Assembly: GCA_000165425.1 (NCBI GenBank)
Contig: CT868654.1
Span: 310,001-368,269, forward strand
DNA from: Paramecium tetraurelia
Taxonomy: Eukaryota
DNA length: 58,269 nucleotides
Direction of reading: 5' to 3'
Position 1 is the first letter of the stretch, and every line of letters begins with the position of its first letter. Position numbers and translations under genes: made by a program. The notes beneath the pieces are model-generated. The model was not told where the DNA came from, searched no databases, and saw nothing but the letters and a program-made list of their open reading frames with translations. Below are positions 27,744-40,858 of this stretch, in pieces.

Positions 27744-28400
27744 TCTCAAATCTGACTTTGTTGAAAATATTTATGCATAAATTGATTCAATGTTATTTCA
27801 TTTTTCAATTGAAAATGCTTAATTAACTATAAAAGGAAGAGGTACTTTATATTCACAAATAGTAAAGAAATAGTAATTAAAATAACTAAATTTTGGTTAG
27901 AGAATTTCATGAGAAAATCTTTTGATGCATGAAGAATAAATTTACCCGCTTTGGCGACCAAAGTAGTTTACAGGATAATAAATGAAGCACTTTTTTTCAA
28001 TTTTATCAAGGCCTTATGTCTTTTTTGTTTACAATCATGGTACTTTAGATATGTAAAAACTAATTTAACAAATCTATTGTAATTGGATCTGTGGGTTAAC
28101 AAATATGGATAATTTCCTGAAGTTGATGAATACTCTTTTTTCAAAAATAAAACATTTCATAAGGATTCACATTCAAGATTTAAAAAAAGGAATAAGCTTG
28201 CTATAATCAAAGAAGTTTCTATATTATAGAAAACTGCTAAACTCTATCCTTAACCATAAGCTGATCCAGAACTTATCGATTATTTTACTCAAGAAGTTCA
28301 ATAAAAAGAATTGGAAAAAAACTTATGAAAACATAGAAATCCTTCACAATTATATGGATAATCTACTAAGACAAAGTTATAAATTATAAATTGTTAATAA
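27744..28400 (+). pseudogene. 5'-truncated, decayed remnant of the AIG1-like GTPase
   Basis: Fragments KSDFVENIYAQIDS, KEEV, FFNFIKA, GQFPEVDE and DPELIDYFTQEV correspond in order to SKFDTGEKICAQIDS, KEDV, FFNFIKA, GNFPDKDD and DPGLMDYFAQEV in the 46520-47908 gene. Confidence 0.75.
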
Positions 28401-28519
28401 AAATTATTTTATCCTGAACCCACATCATTCAAATATTAAAGAAATGATCTTATTTAATAATAAAGCAGTGTCTACATCACTCCATTTAATGAACACATAA
28501 AAATATATCTTTTAACAAA

Positions 28520-28913
28520 TAAAAAGTACTTAATTTAACATTTAGCATTGTTATATTAATAAAATGATTCCATCTTTAATCCATAGAAATTACACATGCA
28601 TTTGAGTTTTTGCCAAAACAGCCATCGGCATTTATATTACAAACACTTTATACTATTTTAGCTGCTTTCCCAGGTCCTTAAAAAACGGTGACGTCATAAT
28701 AAAGGTACCTAGAATTGATGTCCTCAATTATCTCAACATAGTATCTTTTATACTACTAATAATAAAAGTCCTCTATTTCTTGGTCGGACCATTATTACCC
28801 AACTCTCTTTGTTGACCAGCATAAGCTTTTTAGCTCACTCCTTGACTGGTTGCTCCTTCTTCACTTTCCAAGATGTATTTAAGAGATACATGAAATTTAT
28901 CTTCCTTAACCAT
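28520..28913 (-). pseudogene. Glycoside hydrolase family 108 (TtsA/ZliS-like N-acetylmuramidase) homolog, disrupted
   Basis: MVKEDKFHVSLKYILESEEGATSQGVSQKAY, then in a shifted frame WSDQEIEDFYYQQY...YLYYDVTVFQGPGKAAKIVQSVCNINADGCFGKNS...QRWNHF. This follows the GH108/PG_binding_3 pattern (EGG..ATxxGI; FDxAVNxGPGxAxKxLQ; DGxIG). Confidence 0.7.
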
Positions 28914-29336
28914 TTACACCTTTTTAATAAAATTATAAATTTAATAATATCAAATAATAAATAGAGTTCATTATTTTTAGATAGTAATTAAAAATCTTTT
29001 GAAAAAGATATTATTTTCATTTAATATTAATTTATCTGGGGTTTAATAATTTAAAAAATACTAGGCTATTATATAATTTAGAATGAATCAGAGTGTTGAC
29101 CATTCTAAAAAATTATTTTCAAAAGGAATTCTTTCTGAGTGAAATTGTTTCACCAAAAATCTTCTTAAAATAATTGTTAACTCTTCTTAGAACATCTGAG
29201 ATTACCTAAATGAAGATATATCGATTAATTTTATTAGCATTACACGGAGAAAGATGATAAACATATGACACAAATTGTACCCAAGTTATTAATATTTTAA
29301 TAGAATTAGAGGTTTAGAATTTAAATAATAAAAACA

Positions 29337-30707
29337 ATGTAAAACACTACATAGATGGAAGAATTGGATGAGATAGGTGAATCGATAATATCTGAAGTGA
29401 TTTAGAGGGTTAAGAGCAACTTCACTAAATTCGAAAAATTCATGCAGAATTACAAAAACAAACAGGTTATTCTGTTATGTGGAATCACAGGGGCTGGAAA
29501 GAGCAGCATCTATAATTGGATTTTAGGAGCTGGTTTCTAGATAGTAGAAAAGGATGGAATAGGATATTTGTAACCTACTCATACCAATGACTAAATGTAC
29601 ATCTCTAAAATGGGAACAAGTTCAACATCAGTTACTTAAACTACAATTTATGATTTTATTGTAGAACTGGATCATGTTCTTGTTGATTTACCTGGATTTG
29701 AAAGCACCATTGACATTTACCATAAGTTATTTATTGATTTGCTCTTTCAGAAAATAACAACATCATACAAAACTAAAATAGTGTATGTATTAGACAGTCC
29801 ATAAAGAGAGTTGCAGAATAGAGGAAAGGATTTGATTCAATTCATCAATTAATAAATTGGGCAGAATCCACATAATATATAAAACATTTCTCTGATCATT
29901 AATAAATACTCCGAAGATGATGCTGATGATGTACAAATTAAAAGAATTAAAGAACAATTGGAAGGAAGATCTGAATTCAAATAAGGAATGCTCAAGAAGA
30001 TTTACATTATACGTAGAATAAAAAACAACGAAATGATTTAAGTCGTATTCTCAACGCAGGCTAAAAAGAGTCTGATCCTCAGTTTGAATCAATCTGAAGC
30101 GATTACTCTGCAGAATTAACAAGTACCATAATTATCAAGTGGTGAGATCATAAATAACTATTTAATGTAAAAGAGCACATTCTATTTTAAGAGACTTAAA
30201 GAAATGTTCAAATAAATAAAGACGATGATAGAACAAAGGCATAATTTTTAACTCATCCCAAGTAAACAACAAGACTCCAGTCCTAACTCATGCGTACCAG
30301 ACACTATTGCAGGCTTGTATATATTATATAGCCATATGATTACCAATGAGACAACTGGATTAAATGATGATGATGACTTCCAGAATTTTAAGAAGATCTA
30401 TACATATTTTTTGCCGTATGGACAACACTTATCATGTTTTTCTTGTATGAGTGATTATGAAGACGGAGAAGTTACAAGATTCAATAGTGTTATTGATCAT
30501 TTATCATAAAATTCAAACTCTCAACGACAAATGACAGATTAAATTTAAAGAGTATAGCAATAAACAAGTGTAGAATAACTTTAGAGTGTGTAAGCTCCAG
30601 AATAACCAAAGAATAAATGGATAAACATAATTGGCGATATATTTTCAGTTATTGTAATTGTCTTTGGCAAAGTTTATTGTATCTATACTGATATTAAGAA
30701 GTTATGA
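29337..30707 (+). CDS. P-loop TRAFAC GTPase (AIG1/MMR_HSR1-like) with C-terminal hydrophobic anchor
   Basis: ILLCGITGAGKSS (G1), SVT (G2), LVDLPGF (G3), IINKY (G4-like). Continuous frame to TGA at 30705-30707; tail WINIIGDIFSVIVIVFGKVYCIY. The start may lie further upstream. Confidence 0.85.
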
Positions 30708-30796
30708 GATTAACTATATTTATAAAATGAGATACATTTTACGTTTGAATATTCTCATTATTATATATTTATATCCTCTACATAAACATAAATAAA

Positions 30797-32949
30797 TCAA
30801 AAACATAATTCAAAATTATAATCAACATTAGTAACTTCTGTTAACTTTTTTAGGGTTTAAGACACTTTGGTTTTCATCCTTTCTGGTATCGAATGTTAAT
30901 CCTTGCGTGTATCACTCTGTTTCGATTGTTCTTCCTGCTTCAAAACATATAGGGGATTTAATTATTTTTATTCAGTCCATTCAACTACAAATTGGATCCA
31001 CTGTTAATCTCCAAGTGTCTAACCAAATAGTGCATACATGACCATCTTCAATTCTTGTATGTCTGATAATAATTTTTTGTTGGAATATGATTTTAATATA
31101 CGTTAACATTCCTCATTGGTAACTTATTCTAATTATTATTGTAATTAAACTAGTTTCTAATTGTAATCCTTGATAGTATTATTACGCTCCGATGAGATGT
31201 TTTAATTCTTGAAGTTGTTTTCAATGGGTTCAGTTATCTATTAGTTTTCTAAATCTTAATGTTCCCACTTAATTACATGAGCAAATGAACTTGGATTGAT
31301 GGGATCAATGCCTTAAACAAACACAGGTTTCTTGATAGAGACCTTGCTCTTCTTTAGCATCACCTTCACTTAATTTTTGATCTCAGAAACATTCATCTAT
31401 TGTCTTTGCGTGGTTATCTGCTATCTTGCACTAGTTGCACGTTGTAATAATTATTATTGATTGTATTTTTAAGACAATACCCTTGTCTCCTCTATATCAA
31501 TCTCCAATTGAGCAGCCTATAGGAGATAATTCTTGGAAATATCATCTAAGAATTTTGGGAAATACTCTGGTTTAGCACTTTCATTGATCTTTCTCATATT
31601 CTTGATAATGCTGACCAAGCCTTCAGGAACGAGAGAGTTATTTGAATCTTAGAATTGCTTGAGGAAGATATCTTTAAGCAACATTTTACATCTCCTTTTC
31701 TTTTGTCTCATCTCATCGAGTTCCTTCTGAATTTGTTGTTATTTTTCACTGTTTTATTGCATCTGTTTTCTTAATGATTGTATTTCCTTTGTTCGTTATC
31801 TGATCTCCACATCCCTTTGATTTCTGATTTTCTCAATAATATCCATTAGGTTTCGTTTTTTATTTGGTACTCCATCATTCTGCTATTCAGGTATCCATCC
31901 TTGCCTTGCCTTCTCCTCCTTGATGAAGAACTTCCTCCTTATATCCTGAACTTCTTCCTCATAACGATTCAATTCTTAAACCAAGGTGTTGTTTTCGATT
32001 CTCATTTGAAACAATATATTTTTATGTTCTTTAATCTACTATTGAAATAGTTGATAACTCTCCATCAGGGACTTAGCAGAGGTAGAATTTTGTTATTATT
32101 GGGGGATTTAGGTGGTAGGAAATGAGGTTGGTGGTCGATTGGAATGATATTTGGCCTTAGATAGGACTACTTCGTAATCGATGTATTATGCAGGATTACT
32201 AAAGTACTCGGTTAGGCCTTTGAAGTTGTTTAATGTTCTTTGTTTCAAGGCATGAGATTGATCTCTGAATACTTGTGTGATTTCTTCGTCCATGCGTTGT
32301 ATGTTCCAATTGGTTTTGTGTTTTCTATTGATGTTCATTTCATCCAGTTTTTTGGTGACCTTTTGCAGGAGAAGACTATTGAGGATTTGTTTATTCATTT
32401 CTATTCTTACTTGATCGAGTGTCTTTAGAACATTGCCAGATTCTTTGTTGGGTCTAAGCATTTGGAATTGGACTTAGACATCATCATTGTTATCTTCAGT
32501 TTTAAAGTTGGGCAATTCAATTGGTTTCATGATTTGATTGATGATGTTGGAGTTGATTTAGGGTCCATGATCCAAGTTGAATTCGTTCTCAATCACTTTG
32601 TTGTTGTTGTTGTTGTCACTTTGCTTGACCTATTCAAATGCATAGGACTTTTTCTTGGACATGATATTTTCATGCCATTGATCAAGTTGTTCAAGCAGAG
32701 GATCATTTTGGTTTTCTAAAAATGAGATTTAGAGAATTACCATTCTTCTTTTGATTTTTTTTATTGTCCTCCTAGGCATCTCCCAAATCAACTACATTCC
32801 TCATTCTGATTATTTTCCTGTCTTCATATTATGCATTCATTACCTCTTTGAGCTGGGTCTGTTTCTTCGAACTGGTTTTGACTCTTGGCTTTGGCCAGCA
32901 ATTTCTTTGGCTTGAAGGTGGATGCAGTAGATTAAGTTACTTTTTTCAT
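30797..32949 (-). CDS. Coiled-coil hypothetical protein
   Basis: MKKVTQSTASTFKPKKLLAKAKSQ..., long Q/E/K-rich frames with short introns, ends NFELCF-TGA. Confidence 0.7.
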
Positions 32950-32970
32950 GGGGAATTATAAATATTAATA
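32950..32970. promoter_or_regulatory. 21-nt spacer between divergent start codons (candidate bidirectional promoter core)
   Basis: CAT(32947-32949) ggggaattataaatattaata ATG(32971). Confidence 0.5.
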
Positions 32971-34471
32971 ATGTCTCAAGATGTAGAGATAACAAAATAG
33001 AAGACTCCCTCTTTGAGCAAAAAATGGAGAGTGAAACGACAAGGGTCTATCTTGTCAGACTCGTAGAGTACATTTGAGGACAGCAGGATCACATTGCTAT
33101 TGTTTGAACAATATCGAATAGTAGAGATGACCAGATTTTGTGTGATATTTGGGACTCAAATCATAGCGATCTTGGAAGTATGAGTGTTAATGAGGACAAC
33201 ATAGTACGAGTGTTCGTTTTCGGATCAATTTGCAAAAGAATTAGAGAAGGAGACCTTAACATTATTGTACATCATATTTTTGATGACTGCTGCTGCAAGT
33301 ACATGCTTTCCCCTTGCTATCGTCTAGTTTTGCTCACTCTCATTTCCTACCAAGTTCTCTTAACCTATAAGAAGAAAGCAATGGTAATCACACCTCAAGC
33401 AGGTCTCTTCGACTCAAATTTGGTGTAAGGTTTAGCCATTGAAATGCTTCTGATCTTACCAACTCCAACTCCCTTCACTTAAATGATTCGAGTAGACTTC
33501 AATCAACGATACACAGGTGAGCTACGATTTTACTATTTGAATGAAATATTAACTTATATCCTCACGTTCAGAGTAATTCTGTTGATCAACATTACACTTA
33601 AATTTTCATCCTTTTACAGCAGTCAAATTGGCAGATTATGGTTCATATATATATTCTAATATTTAGTCGTCTCTACTCTACCGATTTCGACACTCACTTG
33701 GTGTTCAAGTTGTGCATGAAGGATCTCCCTGGCTACACACTGATGGGTCTGTTCATCACTGGAATGCTTCTCTTTGGCTACAGCATGGAGATCGCAGAGA
33801 GAGCTCTGCAAAGGAACGAGGTGCAACACAGTGTGTATAGTGTGATGACCTCTATGTGGGTAACTCTCACCACCATTGCCACTGTCGGATATGGCGAGTT
33901 CTATCCGACTACTGATTTGGGTCGCATCTCGATGGCCATCTGTGTGTTCTGGGGTGTGTCCTACACTTCCCTCTTTACAGCAATGTTGGATTCAATGTTT
34001 GAGAGGATGAATTGTGAAGAGATGGTCTGGGCCTTGTTGGAAAAGACCAGCGCCACCAACGTCATGAAATATCTCAGTCAGGATTTGATTGTGAGGATCC
34101 AAAAGATGAAAATTAAAAAATTACAAAATAATAACATACACCTTATTCAAGACTCTATCAATGCTCTCAAGTAGATGAAGAGGTAATACAGGAACATTGA
34201 TGGCGAAGACTCCATGTCAAAAGCCAAACGAAAGTTCAAGGACATCAACTTCATGTTCCAAGAGTATTACTTGTTACTGAAGGAATTCAAACGCCTGCAA
34301 TTGATCAACACCATCAATTACCACTATGTGTGTGAGTCACATCCTAGTTGCAGTTAGAAAATAAACTCACATCACTTGTAGACATGTGATTAACAGAGCA
34401 AAGATGAACCCATTTATTAAGATTCAGAGCAGGAAGAGTCTGATCTACTTGTGATGGAGTTTCATGTTTGA
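32971..34471 (+). CDS. Small-conductance Ca2+-activated (SK/KCNN-like) potassium channel
   Basis: Pore SMWVTLTTIATVGYGEFYPTTDLGR, S6 ICVFWGVSYTSLFTA, S3-like IEMLLILPTP. Confidence 0.9.
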
Positions 34472-34504
34472 CTACATTATATATATATTTATATGTGAAA
34501 TATT

Positions 34505-35880
34505 ATGAATTAAAAACGATTTCATGAAAACAATGTCCTGTCACAACATCGAAGCGATAGAATTCAGGAACTGGAATACGACAGAAACCACACATCCGAA
34601 TCTGGAATGGGAGAGTACGACAGCATCAAGAAGGATGATCAGAATGGATTTGAGGATTCCAGAGTCACCAAGTTATTATTTGAAACTCATCGCTTGATTG
34701 AACACGTCAGATTGCAATTGCTATTAGTGATAACAGTCCTGCTCATCCTGGATGTATGACAATTATTATATAGTTTGATGACTAATATTTCATATAGGAT
34801 TGGCAGGATAATACATTCCTATGGACAGTCTTCGCTTTGAATTGCATCCTGTTGCTCTGTACCTACCTAACCTACCATGCCAAATTCAATTACTTTAAGG
34901 CCACTTAATTGATCCCACTCAACCTTGCATTTCATTAAAGCGATATTTTTAACCCTTTTCTGTTAGAATTTTTGGTGTATTTGCCAATACCCAATGTATT
35001 CTCAAAAAGTAACTTAAGTCTTAACCTAGATATTCAGTTTCAATTCACACTCTATAGAGTTGATGGTGTATTTTACTTCACTTTGAACGACTTACTCTTC
35101 CTGTGGACTTGTTTCAGAAGCCTGAATTTGATGTTCATCCTATTGCGATTGAGTCCCTTGTACAACAGTTAAGTGCATAGGTTATCATTGTATTTTGGGT
35201 TCAAAGTGAAATGGACTTTCACATTCAAATCTTTAGTAGACAAAGAACCAGTTCTAGTAATTTCTACCATTTTTACTATATAAGTTTGTTATCTCACTTT
35301 GGCATTTTGGATAGTAGAACGTCCATACATGAGAGAGGAGAACTCCAACACAATGTTGTTGTTGAAACACTCCTTCTACGAGACCATTCTGGCATTGATC
35401 AGATACTCATATGAAGAGTATGAACCATACACTGTCTATGGAAAAATTGTCTTATCATTCACGCAATACTCTGGCTTTGCCACCACCTCCTTGTTAATTG
35501 CTGCCATAGCCAAACGCTTCTACATGGCCTCTAATCAATTCAATGCTTATGTCTTACTTGACAAATTGAGGGTGTCCCATGAAATGCTTGTGTTGACTCA
35601 AGCCATTGGTGAGTAATTTTATTATCTAACCAAATATCCCATAAACCCATTTACGAATGGAAGGGCAAAGGAGTGTCTGGCTATATTGAAGCAATTCTTC
35701 AAGAAAAGAAGAAATTACCAAAATACAGTTGCTGAAATGACTGATCAACTATTCAATAGAAGAATGAAGGATTTAAAATGGATCATGCAAGATTACCAAG
35801 AAATCTGTCGACTCATAAGGGAATAATAGAAAGAGATTGTTCAATGGTATTCTGATTAATAATAATTGTTTTTATTATGA
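34505..35880 (+). CDS. SK-like channel paralog with non-canonical selectivity filter
   Basis: FEDSRVTKLLFETHRLIEHVR resembles the neighbour's FEDSRITLLLFEQYRIVEMTR, and WIVERPY is present. The pore region reads FYETILALIRYSYEEYEPYTVYGK. Confidence 0.8.
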
Positions 35881-35903
35881 TATTATTTTACTTTCTAATT
35901 ACA

Positions 35904-36600
35904 ATGTCAAATCATTCTCAGGTGATCAATTTAGTAAGTTTGAATGTGAGAATCTTATAATAAGCGATTAACATGTGAGATATAAGTTTAGTTGATCCTC
36001 TTGTTATTTTTAAGCATTATTCAATGGTAGCTTTATGGAATTAATCGTATCAATTATACGCTGATTCAGACTTTATTGTAATTGTGGAATTCAATAACAT
36101 GATTTATTTCGTTCTCTTCTGAATATTACCTTCATTACAAATTGAAGATAAAACAAAATAAAACATTGATTTTGATGTACTATGGAAAATCAATAACTAT
36201 TACAGAATGATTGGCTAAAAATCATTCAAAATGATTTGAAAAAGAGTAAATTTAGGTTGATCATCTTGAATTTGATGATGATCATAACAATAATAATAAT
36301 AGACTAAAACATGATAAAAATCATAGAATATAGAAAAACTTAAATATGAAAGAGCATTATATTTCTTATGGAAAAACTTTCTTATAGAATAGAAAAATAG
36401 AAAAGAGATATATCCATTTAATAAAGCAATAAAAATATATACTCAATACCTTTTTTGTAGGCTAATTAAATAGACAAGATATATATATTAACTTAACAAT
36501 ATATCTCTATTCTTCAAGAATGATAGCATTTGTTTGTGCTCTTTTTGGTTTGCAGAAAGTTAAAGTTCTGAAGAAGAAATAGCCAATTCTAGTGTAATGA
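35904..36600 (+). CDS. Hypothetical protein
   Basis: ATG at 35904, coding-like frames with introns; the end codon is tentative. Confidence 0.45.
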
Positions 36601-36634
36601 TATATTTATATAATTAATTTATCCACAATTGAAA

Positions 36635-39600
36635 ATGAGCGAATAGACTAAATTTCGCATTCTTAAAACCATTTAACCAACGTAACAGTACTAACCCACA
36701 TGGCCGACTCAAAGATCTGATTCTTCCAACGAGAGACTTACTAGGTTAGAGCGAGATTCCCTCCCGAATTTAAAAAGTTCGTAACAGTATTCCAACATTT
36801 CCTACAGGCAAGCCTAAAAGCATAAACCACTCTCTCAAGGGGTATTCGAATGATAAATCCATAGGTATTTTATGGATCTCCATTGCTTGCCCAAAATTAG
36901 TTGGAAATCATAGATAAGATGAAATGCTAAGCCCGTAATGATTTCTATGGCCAACTGAAAAGTATTGATCCTTATCAATATCCTACACGCCTATCAGACT
37001 TGTATCTCTCCCCTAAATCACTAAGAGAGCGTAATTCCTTTGATTAATATTGAAGCTACTGTGGAAGTGCACATCCCTACCGAATTAAAAGAACCCCATC
37101 TCTCATTAGGTAATTTTAGCAGTAATCTCTCTAAGCATAACCCAAGAGATAAAATTCATAGAGGTATTCCATAGAAGTAATCTTAATTATTAATGAAGGC
37201 ACGACATTAAATCGCTTGCCATTTGGGTTGATCTAATGGTGCAATAGATCATAGAGAAGTACAGCGGTCAAAAGCAAATTGATTTCTATGAAGAAGTGCA
37301 AAATGTTCTCACTCTCTGTTTAAAAGAATTAATCAGGCAAATCAGCATTGATTGCATTGAAAGGAGGTGATGTAAATTTACAACTATATTTAGTGTGTTG
37401 TTGGAGAAGATTTGGGCACAATACGTAGAAATCAATTCAACAGTCATCAACCAAGTGGTCAACGAGAAGAAGGAAATCGAAAAACAAAATCTCAAATAAA
37501 TAATGAAAACACATTAATTGTATCAATACGAAATTGATAATTTTTAAATAATAATTTCAAATCAGAAAGAAGAGTAATCCAAGCTTACAGAAAAGTTAAT
37601 CAAATTAAAAGACAATGGCAAATACCTCAAGAAAACCAACAGAAACCTATAAAACACAATCAGAGAACTCAAATTCCAATTAAACGATTACACTACCTCC
37701 AATAAGTATTTACTAAATGAAGTCGAAAATCTGAAATAACAAATCAAAGAAAATGAAATTGACATCCACAACTTCCAATAATCCTCCCAAATCAATTAAA
37801 GAGCCTCCTCTCCCAATGTAAGTGAGCACTCCCCTCTTTAATTTCCATAGCAATTCAAAATTATCTCAGCAGGTGCACATTAATCATTCAATATCGAAAT
37901 TGAAGAACAATTGAAAGATGCCTTAAAAAGCGATTCAGACACTAATCTATCGAATTTCGAAGATATGCTCATGAATTAGGCTACTGATACCACTGATCTA
38001 ATTGCAGTAATGAACTTATACAAAGAGTAATCCACTTAAACTTTTGCATCCAATACGCAACCTGAACCGAAGTAACTCTCTACTTATCCTACATAGATCT
38101 ATACTTCTACCTGATTTTAGACATAATGTTGTCCAGACAGATTCTAGCATGAACAATGCTGTTGAAAAAGAAGTACAAACCGAACTACCCACAGAGATTC
38201 TTGAGGATATAAAAAGCGAAGAAGATCAACTATTTCAATTCCAGGAGCAACTGATTAAAACTTAAGAGAATTATAAATAACTTATGGAAGGGGAACAATT
38301 AGATAGTCCTGATCTTAACTAAATGTCATCTCTACTATTAAGCTTAGGTGATGCTTCATCTAAAATGAAACAAGCAATACAACACTCCAGGGAATATAGA
38401 ACCAGCTTATTGCTTGTTAATAGTGCATAGAAGGATGAAAATTAAAGAAAACTTAATGAGTTACAATTATTGGTATAATCTTAATTAATTAATTAAATAG
38501 AAAATTACTAATGAAAATCTTTAGTAAAATTTGGAATCTGCCAAAAATGAAATTATAGAATTGGAAAGTCATTTAGAACTATAAGAATAGGTAAATATTC
38601 ATTAGCTATCATAGATCAACGCTAAATTGGAGAGAAAGTACAATAAAATAAAAGACAAGAAGTAATAACTTATTGAAAAAACCACTAATTTAATCAATCA
38701 ATTAACAAAAACCCAATAGTTCACCAATATAATGAAAAAGAAAGTTTAAGAGAAGAGAATAAGCAGTTTTGGTTAGATGAAATAACCTAACTCCTCCTAA
38801 TCATAGAGTCAATTGCCATCAGCTTCAGAAATATCTTCGAATTTTTAATAATAATAGTTCTTATCTAGTAATCCCTCAAATCAATCATAATACCTTGTAG
38901 CTTCATCACCTAGAAGATAATAACAATTGGGTTCATAATCCAGTAGGAAATAAAATAAACCAGAGGGTTCACCTAATGGAATCATAAGGGAAGAGTTTTC
39001 AGGCTAGGAAATAAGTGCACCGAAAAAGAAGTGGAATATTTAAATTACAAATACTGAGGAGCAATAAAAGGAATCTGATAATGAGAGTGACTTGTCATAA
39101 TCTTAGATTACATTCTAATAAAGTCTTTCAATAGTTTAAGATGTATTTTTATATGATTATTATATATAGGATGTCATTTCATAACGAAGTTTTGCATCAA
39201 ATCGAAGGTCATCCCAACTTTAGGTACAAGCTAATTCTCCGGGAATTAATGTAATTTCAATATTGTATATTTGTAGCAATTGAAGGCGAATAATGGAAAC
39301 AATAGATAAGGACTAAAATCAGCAAAGAAGAGTGTTCCAAATAATCTGAATAATGAAAATCTAAAGGTGATCTCGGACACTTTGAGAAAATTTCTGAATG
39401 AGGAGCTAGATAACAGTGAGGCTTCAAGCATTGATTCATCATTCTCATCCAAAATGGAGGCTTATTCCAAAAGGAAATCAGAAAGGCAACAGAAGAAGAG
39501 ATAAATCACTTAAACATAAGCCCCAAGTAATTAATTGTTAAACATTTTAAGAGTTTCAAAATAGAAATAATGCTGAATCCACATCTTAACTCAACTTCTA

Positions 39601-40858
39601 GAGATCAAAATATTTGGTTACTTTTTTGGCTGAGCGTTTTGCTAAAAATCCAAAGCTAGCCACGCCCAAGATGCAGAGGATAAATGTTTTGAAATTCATT
39701 TCACAATTCTACTGCGAGAAGATTAAGCAATATTAGAACAAAAACACTCCACTACACCAAATATGTTATGAGCATTTTGTCAATACTTATGGATTCAAGA
39801 GTATGGCTGAACAAAAGTTAACAAATTTCTACCAATCTGTATACTTTTATAGAGAGAATTTCAGAATCAACCTCTTTGGAAGGTAAAGATATTATTGATT
39901 GAAGATTTCTGGAATTACTGAGTCCTCTAACGTTGGATGATTTGGATATTTACATTTAGTCTTTGAAAATTCTGGATGAAAATGAAATAGCTCTTCACAT
40001 GGCATCAGTCGTAAATGAAAAAGGTGTACTAGTAACACTGGAAAAGGCTATAGCATCCTTGGATATCCAGCACTAATGCTTGGGATTGGAAATCAAGGAT
40101 CGAATTATAAAGGATATACGTTCCAACACTTATGAGAGGAAGAACAAAATATGTGTGGATGTAGATTTCTTTATTAGCAAATTGTTGAATGGCTATCATT
40201 AGTACAAATTAACACATTAAGCTCACTTCGAAGAAGTATTTTATTCAGCTGACATGGATATGGATGGGATGATAGAGTTCCAAGAGTTTCAAAAATTATA
40301 TTTGCACTTTGAAATTAATTAAGGAACTTAATCAAATAAAAAGATGATTAGAACACAATTTATGGAAAGATGTGACACTGTATCAAATGAGAGTGGGGAA
40401 AAAGCTATGTCCTTCGATCGATTTGTTACATTCTCTTTAGAAAACAATATATTTTCAGAAGAAAAGTTTTCAGTATTAATTAACTGCTATAGCATATTAG
40501 AAATTCTCAAAAAACGTTGATTCTAATGATCCAATTAAGAATTTGAATGATCTGAAGGAGAATTGGCTAAATATTTAATCGTTGTTGATGAGCAGGATAA
40601 ATTTAAGTGAGCCAAACGAAGGTGATTACTATCAGAGTATAATTCAAAAGTTGGATCAAGTAATTTGATGTTTTAATAGGATAGGCTTTGAAAAACAAGG
40701 AATTAAAAGAAAGTTTTTGGATTTCGTATAGGATCTTAGATGCAGATACGAAGGCACTTTACTTAAGTAAAGTAGCAGCTGATCTAATCCCTGAGGATTT
40801 ACTTTATATTCAAGAGTTGGTGAGTGAAATTTGTGATGACAATATTGAGATTGATTGA
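36635..40858 (+). CDS. Large coiled-coil protein with C-terminal EF-hand
   Basis: MSEQTKFRILKTIQPT..., extensive heptad-rich regions, EF-hand loop ADMDMDGMIEFQEF near 40250-40290, many short introns, TGA at 40856-40858. Confidence 0.75.

Larger units (their letters stand above)
26300..28400. repeat. Inverted segmental duplicate of the 46.5-50.0 kb GTPase/pseudo-GTPase module
   Basis: Reverse-complement identity to about 48620-49990, including the 3' flank, plus decayed similarity to 46520-47450. Confidence 0.8.
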
